Under the pieces are notes generated by a model. It saw nothing but the letters and a program-made list of their open reading frames with translations, did no database searches and was not told the origin of the DNA. Positions 57,485-64,000 of a stretch of DNA of 64,000 nt are shown piece after piece (positions within the stretch are counted from its first letter, which is position 1; each line of letters begins with the position of its first letter). Source of the DNA: Candidatus Cloacimonadales bacterium (GTDB taxonomy: Bacteria > Cloacimonadota > Cloacimonadia > Cloacimonadales > JAIOQZ01); NCBI GenBank assembly GCA_963665815.1, contig OY762463.1, positions 2,336,001-2,400,000 of the forward strand. The letters run 5' to 3'. Both the position numbers and the translations under genes were made by a program.

Positions 57485-59227
57485 ATGAAAAAAATAAATG
57501 CTGTATTGTTTATTGTAATGTACCTTATATTCTTTTCAGTTTATGCAAGAAATATTGATTCAAGAACTTTAAGGTTAGATTACTTGAATATATCAAATGA
57601 AGCTGACAGCTTATCTGTAAATTGTGCAAATATTTCGAACATTTCTAAAATATCGAAATTTGTAAATCTGAAATATATTGATTTGAGAGGTAACAACATT
57701 ACGGATTTAACTCCGTTAAGTAAACTGAAGCTACTAGAAGAGCTTTATCTGGATGATAATCTTATAGAAGATATTTCTCCTTTGCTGAAACTGAAAAATC
57801 TGAGAATACTAAGTTTAAATCACAACAAAATAAAGAAAATCGATACAAAAATGAAGAACAGGAAGCTTGAAAAATTCAGTGCAGCTTTTAATGATATTGA
57901 AAGCATTTCAGGGATTACAGGTTTACCGAAACTAATTGATATTAATCTACAGAACAATAACATTAAGGACATCTCAACTCTTGGTAGTAATCCTGAAATA
58001 CTTTATGTATGGTTGGATAATAATAGAATAAATAGTATTAAGCCATTACTAACATGCAATAAACTGCGTGAAGTATGGATAAATAACAATCCTGTTGAAG
58101 ATATGAAGTCACTTTCATCATTAGACTCACTTGAATGGATATGGTTTGACAATAAATCAATTGTCCTCTGGGAGAAAGAGAAGCCAATAAGGTTCGATGA
58201 TCTAGTGTTTGAGAATTTTGTTCGAGATTTAGTTGATATACATGATCGTGATCTTTATCCTTCTGACTTGCAGAATATAAATGAAGTGAACTTTGTCGAG
58301 CATGAGGGTTATATTGAGTATAGGCAAAATAGAATAAGCGAATCAAAAGGAACAATATCAATTATTCTGGAAGCAGGATTTTCAGATAAATTATTTTTTA
58401 TAGAAGAAGATATACCTGAAAAATATGTTGCACTACCTATAAATCGTTGTAAAAGCTTAAAGTGTATTAAATATTTCAATAACCTAAGGGAAGTTCGTTA
58501 TCCTGCGAGATTAAATTGTAGAGGTGGAAATTTAGAGGTTACATCTATACAAAAAAACTATGCAATTAAAGAATTAAGAGAGATTATTGCTCTTCAAAAA
58601 ATTGAGATTTTTGACATTCGAAACACTGGGATAAGCTATATTCCTGATTTATCTGATCTAAAAGAACTGAAAACATTGATATTTGAAAATTGTCATATCT
58701 TCAATATTGATAATATGTCAGGTATTACCAACCTTGAAAGATTGAGCCTACAAAATAATCTAATAAGGAAGTTACCAGATTTTTGTGATTACAATGATAT
58801 TACTTCAATAGATATTTCTGACAACAACCTCCCCAGTATTGATTTGAGTTCCTTCGATAGACTGAAGTATTTGAACTGTTCAAAAAACAAAATTGCTTAC
58901 GTTAATTCAGATATTTACTTGCATAAACTAACAAATTTGAATATTAGCTTTAATGATTTAGAAAGCTTAGATTTTATAATTAAATGTAGAATGATAAGTG
59001 ATTTAGATATTTCAGCAACAAATATTAGTGATTTAATCCCATTAGAGTATACTCCACTTATTCGCAATTTAAAACTTGAACACCTTAATTGTAATATTAT
59101 GTCTATTTTGGATAGGAAGTTTGCTAGTAAACAAGATTTTAAAATATCTCTTTTCAACTCAAAAATTCCCAAAAATGAACGGGATGATTTCCTAAAGAAG
59201 CTTAAGAAATTGCAAGAAAAAGAATAA
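57485..59227 (+). CDS. Secreted internalin-like leucine-rich repeat protein
   Basis: Signal peptide; two blocks of 22-aa LxxLxLxxNxIxDIxxL repeats separated by an FDDLVFENFVR cap-like segment. Confidence 0.9.
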   Translation: MKKINAVLFIVMYLIFFSVYARNIDSRTLRLDYLNISNEADSLSVNCANISNISKISKFVNLKYIDLRGNNITDLTPLSKLKLLEELYLDDNLIEDISPLLKLKNLRILSLNHNKIKKIDTKMKNRKLEKFSAAFNDIESISGITGLPKLIDINLQNNNIKDISTLGSNPEILYVWLDNNRINSIKPLLTCNKLREVWINNNPVEDMKSLSSLDSLEWIWFDNKSIVLWEKEKPIRFDDLVFENFVRDLVDIHDRDLYPSDLQNINEVNFVEHEGYIEYRQNRISESKGTISIILEAGFSDKLFFIEEDIPEKYVALPINRCKSLKCIKYFNNLREVRYPARLNCRGGNLEVTSIQKNYAIKELREIIALQKIEIFDIRNTGISYIPDLSDLKELKTLIFENCHIFNIDNMSGITNLERLSLQNNLIRKLPDFCDYNDITSIDISDNNLPSIDLSSFDRLKYLNCSKNKIAYVNSDIYLHKLTNLNISFNDLESLDFIIKCRMISDLDISATNISDLIPLEYTPLIRNLKLEHLNCNIMSILDRKFASKQDFKISLFNSKIPKNERDDFLKKLKKLQEKE

Positions 59228-59332
59228 ATCCAAACCTACCTCGTGCAGGCTTTTCTTTTAGATAAGTGTATTGCATAGAAATTATTGACGAACACGGCTT
59301 GAACTGGATATATTGGGGAAAACGGTTCCTTG
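59228..59332 (+). repeat. Direct repeat copy 1: degenerate terminator plus Rhs-core fragment
   Basis: Matches 61837-61942; 59277-59332 is identical (56 bp) to 61887-61942 and encodes EIIDEHGLNWIYWGKRFL. Confidence 0.92.
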
Positions 59333-60598
59333 CCCGTAAATAGGTTTTGGGAGACTCTCGCCTAAGGCTCCGAGCTCTTTGTTGGCATTCTCTTGATCCG
59401 GCAGAGCAGTTTGACAGTCCGTATGTATATTGCGGTAACAATCCTGCTAATAAACAAGGTGTCTCCTATGGTCTTCGAACTTACGTTCTACAGACTTCAG
59501 AGACGAGACTCTCGGACTTAGTCCTGCGAGCTCATAGCTTGACGGAGCACTCTCATTATCATATCGTCAGGAGCAGTATGCTAAATTACAAAGTTTGTAC
59601 CGGGGATTCAGGGGAATGTCATTAAATGCTGAGGATGATTGGAATTATGCACAAAATTTTGAATTGCAGATGCTGAATTTTGAAATTGATGCCTGTGGTG
59701 GGTATGAAGCGTGGGCAGATTACCCGACTAAGAAAAGGAAGAAAGCTGAGGAGGAAGGAGCTCAAGGGGTTGATGGCGTAGCCCTGAATGATTATAATAC
59801 AAATGATCATGAGGTTGGTTCTCAGTATGTTAATCAATTAACACTTCATCTTGATAATTCAATACAAGACGAGATTGAGTTTAGATTACAAGGAAAAAAA
59901 GATCTGATGGGACAGAAATTGTTTTTGGTGAAGGGGGTTTGAATATCCAAAACATATATGCCGTTGCGATTGATGGTTATGACACTCCAACCGATTATAT
60001 TGATTCCTTGATCGACCAAATTGTTGATACGGTTTGTAATGGATCAGACAGTGATTATGAATCATTATGCATTGCATCAAATGCCACTGAAGGTGGACAA
60101 TTAGTACCCCTTACGTACTGTCCATTTGATAAACTTCACAACGATTCTGGAGATTTAAACAATGGTTATGCGCACTCACATACAAGAATTGATGGAAGAA
60201 GTTCAAACTTGATTTTTTGGGATCATAATACTACATATGTAAAAAAGGAAAAAGGTGGTGGTATACTATGCAAAATACCATTTATTGGAAAATATCTACC
60301 TCCGAAACAGGAAGTCTATCTTACGCCATATCATAATTTTCAGCATGAGACTTTTCATGCAAGACAAAGAACAGAATTGGGAGAACAAGGATATCGTGAT
60401 CTATCCAGAAAAAAAAGGGAAAATGATACAATGGCGGCAAAAAGATACTCAAAACATATCTGGCTTGAAAATCATTCAGACTTTCTTTCAAGTGTATTTC
60501 AATCTTCATATCCATATGGTGTCTTTACAAATTACAGGAATAAATACTCAAATACTGATTATACATATGAGAGCGATAGACATGGAAAATCATGGTAG
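59277..60598 (+). pseudogene. Disrupted orphan Rhs core plus C-terminal toxin with HExxH metallopeptidase motif
   Basis: EIIDEHGLNWIYWGKRFL ... WHSLDPAEQFDSPYVYCGNNP (59383-59445); ORFs 59595-59942 and 59939-60598 can be joined at an A7 run (59894-59900); HETFH near the C-terminus. Confidence 0.7.
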
Positions 60599-60613
60599 AT
60601 AAAAGGAGGCAAT

Positions 60614-61825
60614 ATGAGTAAGATTTCAATATTATTGATAATGTCTGTATTAATTTTGAGCAGTTATTTGGAATGCGAAGAAATTTCTCGAAGTGAGATC
60701 AATGTAACAAGTTTTCTTCCTTCAAGTGCTCGCCTATATGATTTCGAGATTGATTCTAAGGGAAATTATATAGTTTCAGGATTCAAATTTGTTTATGATG
60801 CAAAAGAGAAGTTCAATAAATCAGTATGGTTTGTCATTAAATTCAATTCTGATTTTGAAGAAAGCTGGTCTAAAACGTTTAAAGATAATCAAACCGAGAT
60901 AAAGGTAATTCTTGATAGTAAAGATAATATAATAGTATTGGGAAATGAAAGCAGAATCAGCAACTATCTAAAGTATGGTTTTTTGACGAAATCAACGTTT
61001 TTCAAAAAGTATAATGCTAATGGAAAGAAGATTTGGTCTGAGATGATAAAATCTGATTATAAATGTGAAATCAATAGCATTGTGCTGGATTCCCTTGATA
61101 ACATGTTTGTTGCAGGTTATCTTGTTGATTCAGCAAAATTTAATTGGAGAATTAAATACAAGTATGATGGAGGTAGTAATAATAGCTTTATTGCAAAGCT
61201 AAGTTCTGATGGTAAATGGCAAGAAGCTCGTGTGTATAGATCAGAATGGCAAGATTCTGTAACAAATTTACTTCTTATAGAAGACGAGTTATACGTAATT
61301 GGTATCTACTCAGGGGATTTCAAAACAGAGAAAAATGTTATTAATCATCATGGTGAAGGTAGCTACTATATGTTGAAACTTGATATGAACTTTAATGAAA
61401 TTGATATTATCGATTTCGACTATGTTGATCCAAGAATCTTTTCTGTGAATGATATGTTTAATCCTCTGAGTTTGTACAGGATTGTTGATGTGCAAAACAA
61501 CATTGATTTCATTGGTCCTTTATATGACAGCCTTGATCAAAAGAGTATATTTATTGTTGATCGTAATCTCAATACTACCGAGAAGAAAATTGCTGTAAAT
61601 GAGTTTTCTGCTGGCTCTTTCAATGATTATAAGTATATATATGATGACAGTTACATTTATGCAATTCCTACTGTACTTAACAACATAATATACTCAATTA
61701 AACTAAAGCAGAATATGAGGACAAAAAAAATCTTTCAGCAAAATAACCATTTATATGTACTACAGGAAGCCATCTACTACAAAAATAATCAACCTGAATA
61801 TATTCTGAGTATATACAGTCCATAG
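60614..61825 (+). CDS. Exported beta-propeller protein (SBBP-like repeats), candidate immunity protein
   Basis: Signal peptide; IDSKGNYIVSG, LDSKDNIIVLG and LDSLDNMFVAG repeats; AGGAGG RBS immediately after the toxin stop. Confidence 0.7.
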   Translation: MSKISILLIMSVLILSSYLECEEISRSEINVTSFLPSSARLYDFEIDSKGNYIVSGFKFVYDAKEKFNKSVWFVIKFNSDFEESWSKTFKDNQTEIKVILDSKDNIIVLGNESRISNYLKYGFLTKSTFFKKYNANGKKIWSEMIKSDYKCEINSIVLDSLDNMFVAGYLVDSAKFNWRIKYKYDGGSNNSFIAKLSSDGKWQEARVYRSEWQDSVTNLLLIEDELYVIGIYSGDFKTEKNVINHHGEGSYYMLKLDMNFNEIDIIDFDYVDPRIFSVNDMFNPLSLYRIVDVQNNIDFIGPLYDSLDQKSIFIVDRNLNTTEKKIAVNEFSAGSFNDYKYIYDDSYIYAIPTVLNNIIYSIKLKQNMRTKKIFQQNNHLYVLQEAIYYKNNQPEYILSIYSP

Positions 61826-61836
61826 TTAACACTCAT

Positions 61837-61942
61837 ATCCAAAGCCTGCCCCGTGCAGGCTTTTCTTTTACACAGAGGCAATGCAAAGAAATTATTGACG
61901 AACACGGCTTGAACTGGATATATTGGGGAAAACGGTTCCTTG
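61837..61942 (+). repeat. Direct repeat copy 2: intact terminator plus Rhs-core fragment
   Basis: AAAGCCTGC-CCCGT-GCAGGCTTTTCTTTT followed by sequence coding KEIIDEHGLNWIYWGKRFL. Confidence 0.92.
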
Positions 61943-62270
61943 GGGTCATACCTTCAATAAGACCACCTTTCCGGATTTCATCCGTAATAATCAAATCCGA
62001 GTAGAGAGACGTCGAGTTTCGAGACAGAGGGTTTAGAAAAGGGAACTGATGATTATTCTTGCCTAAATCTAATTAACACACAATCAGGCTTCATTATTGC
62101 TACTCTGAATAAATCTGCTATTAAATTCCATATATTTAATTTCCTGTTCCTGTGTTATTCTGTATATTCAGTGGTTTAAAACAACCAATTTTGCTTGACT
62201 TTGATTCAGCATTTTCATTTTTATTAAAAACTCAATAGGGGTTGAGTAGAAAAGGAAAAGGGGAACCAAT

Positions 62271-63230
62271 ATGAAAAAACTAATATCATTAAGTATCATT
62301 ATTTTTATTGTACTAACTATTATGGGGTGTAAGAACATCTTTGAGAGTTCATCTTCGGAAGATGAGATTTCTTCAGATTACATTGATTTCAGTAACTTGA
62401 AGAAAATTGACATTCCTGACTTTGAAGCAATAGCAGATGAATATAAGAATGGAGAATTCAAATTTATTCATTATGCCAGAAGTGATGAGTCTGCACTAAA
62501 TGAAGACTCTCTTATAATATATCCTGATCATAATCCTCCTGTATTCCATCCAGTTTTCTCAGCGATTGTAATATGTTCAATGCATGCAAGGTACAAAGAT
62601 ACAAATAATGAATGGTATAGAAAAGTAATTCTAAAAAACCTTGATTATTTACTTTCTCGTATGACCGAAGAGTATTATATTGAATATTGCTTTCCAGTCA
62701 ATCATGGTAATAATTTTCTGGGAGAAAAATGGGTTAGTGGATTAGCTCAGGGAGAAATGGTTTCTGCATTCCTCAGAGGTTATTTCCTTACAGATGATGA
62801 AAAATATCTTAATGCTGCACATGGGTTTCTGAAAACATTGATGACAAAACAGGGAGTTGATCAATACTGGTGCACATGTGTTGATAGTAATAATTATTAC
62901 TGGATAGAAGAATATCCAAGTCCGGACAAATGCCATGTTCTGAATGGGATGATGTATGCTCTTTGGGGATCATGGGAATATTACACTATAACAAAAGATG
63001 AGAATGCAAAGCAAATTTTCCAGTCCGGTTTGAAATCAATCCTTGATAACTTTAAAGAATACTGGATTGATCCCACACCTATAAAATCCATGTATTGCAG
63101 GCACTATCTTGCAAGTGAAGAGTATCATGATATGCACATGAGAATCTTTCGCGATTTCTTAGTATATTTTGACCTTCCGGAATTGAAGGAAGCGTTACTC
63201 CTTCTTGAAAACCAACCTGTTTCTGAATAG
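62271..63230 (+). CDS. D-glucuronyl C5-epimerase-like lipoprotein, paralogue of 44617-45555
   Basis: Lipobox IMGC; WVSGLAQG, NNYYWIEEYPSPDKCHVLNGMMYALWG and YHDMH. Confidence 0.8.
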   Translation: MKKLISLSIIIFIVLTIMGCKNIFESSSSEDEISSDYIDFSNLKKIDIPDFEAIADEYKNGEFKFIHYARSDESALNEDSLIIYPDHNPPVFHPVFSAIVICSMHARYKDTNNEWYRKVILKNLDYLLSRMTEEYYIEYCFPVNHGNNFLGEKWVSGLAQGEMVSAFLRGYFLTDDEKYLNAAHGFLKTLMTKQGVDQYWCTCVDSNNYYWIEEYPSPDKCHVLNGMMYALWGSWEYYTITKDENAKQIFQSGLKSILDNFKEYWIDPTPIKSMYCRHYLASEEYHDMHMRIFRDFLVYFDLPELKEALLLLENQPVSE

Positions 63231-63439
63231 TATTTCAGGATTATCATCCAGTTAACCTGACCAGACAGTCCAGAGATATAGCAGGTATTGCTTTGATAAT
63301 AAATCTTCCCTGAAGAATTTTCTGGATGAAATCATCAATATCGTTGATACTTTTCTTCAAAGCTGTTTGATTTTGCTGTAATGCATAGCTCTAACAGAAA
63401 TTTAATGATAGATGCTGTTATTTAAACGCTGCTGAATAT

Positions 63440-63474
63440 AAAAAAAAGCAGAGGCTCAATCGTCTCTGCTTTTT
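63440..63474. terminator. Bidirectional Rho-independent terminator
   Basis: AAAAAAAAGCAGAGGC-TCAATC-GTCTCTGCTTTTT between convergent genes. Confidence 0.8.
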
Positions 63475-63490
63475 CTCTATAAATTTTCTA

Positions 63491-64000
63491 TTAGAATTGA
63501 TATCCTACACTGATATGGTGTGTTCCATTTAGATTACTGTGAGTATTGTAGGCATAGTCAACCAATACGCTTTTTGTATCAATTCCCAGACCAAAGCTGA
63601 GGCTATATGGGTTATTCCTGATTCCTGCTCGTAGAGCAAGAGCATCAAACAACACAACTTCAAGTCCACTGTGAATTTCAGTTTTATCGTACTCGGAACT
63701 GAACTCGGAATTAATCTCTTTTTTCAGTTCTATAGATGTTTTAACTCCATCATATGGTACATAAGTAACACCTATAGCCATTTTTTGAGGAAGTTCTTCG
63801 TGTGATTTACCAATTTCAGGTTTATTCAGATTTGTAATTGCAAAACCAATCTTAGTTCTTTTATAGAGAACACCAAGCATTCCAAGATTTAAGCCAAATG
63901 TTGAAGCATTGGAATTGTTTTTCATATCAAGAGTATACATATTAGCTGTATATCCGAAATAAAGCTCACTGCTGTAGTCTTTGAGCAACTTGAATGAATG
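63491..64000 (-). CDS. PorV/PorQ-like outer-membrane beta-barrel, 5' end outside the window
   Basis: Amphipathic beta strands, LRAG, DYAY...GTHHISVGYQF with terminal Phe. Confidence 0.65.
   Translation of the reverse strand, partial: HSFKLLKDYSSELYFGYTANMYTLDMKNNSNASTFGLNLGMLGVLYKRTKIGFAITNLNKPEIGKSHEELPQKMAIGVTYVPYDGVKTSIELKKEINSEFSSEYDKTEIHSGLEVVLFDALALRAGIRNNPYSLSFGLGIDTKSVLVDYAYNTHSNLNGTHHISVGYQF

Noticed and set aside
59228-61942. Direct repeats as a CRISPR array or prophage/IS att sites
   Set aside because: Only two copies 2.6 kb apart, no cas, integrase or transposase, and the repeat translates as Rhs core.
63240-63400. Possible minus-strand ORF remnant after the second epimerase gene
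   Set aside because: No convincing RBS or motif, and it lies beyond the terminator of the upstream minus-strand gene.

Overview
AT-rich bacterial chromosome segment. A T9SS-type C-terminal sorting domain (NYPNPFNPET...KMILLK), a PorV/PorQ-like barrel and many lipoproteins suggest an FCB-group anaerobe, plausibly Candidatus Cloacimonadota (inference). In order: the start of a Na+-type F1Fo operon (atpI, atpB, a triplicated c subunit with one carboxylate, a normal atpE) downstream of rsmG-parA-parB-M23, with a parS site inside rsmG; a large secreted hydrolase; a minor-pilin locus with four mosaic PilX/ComZ-like paralogues around a PilV/PilW-like pair; a three-gene glycosyltransferase operon (one enzyme fused to a cNMP-binding domain) divergent from a HAD phosphatase; three beta-propeller lipoproteins; a kinase-less Cache sensor; an S8 protease; an nqrBCDEF operon with no nqrA/rnfC; a GH29 fucosidase and two C5-epimerase-like lipoproteins; a HipBST-type toxin-antitoxin locus with three operators; a sigma54-type MacAB-like ABC exporter operon; and a decayed orphan Rhs toxin/immunity array bounded by ~105-bp direct repeats. 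No rRNA, tRNA, CRISPR array or transposase was recognised. All calls come from reading the sequence and motifs by eye; no searches were run.
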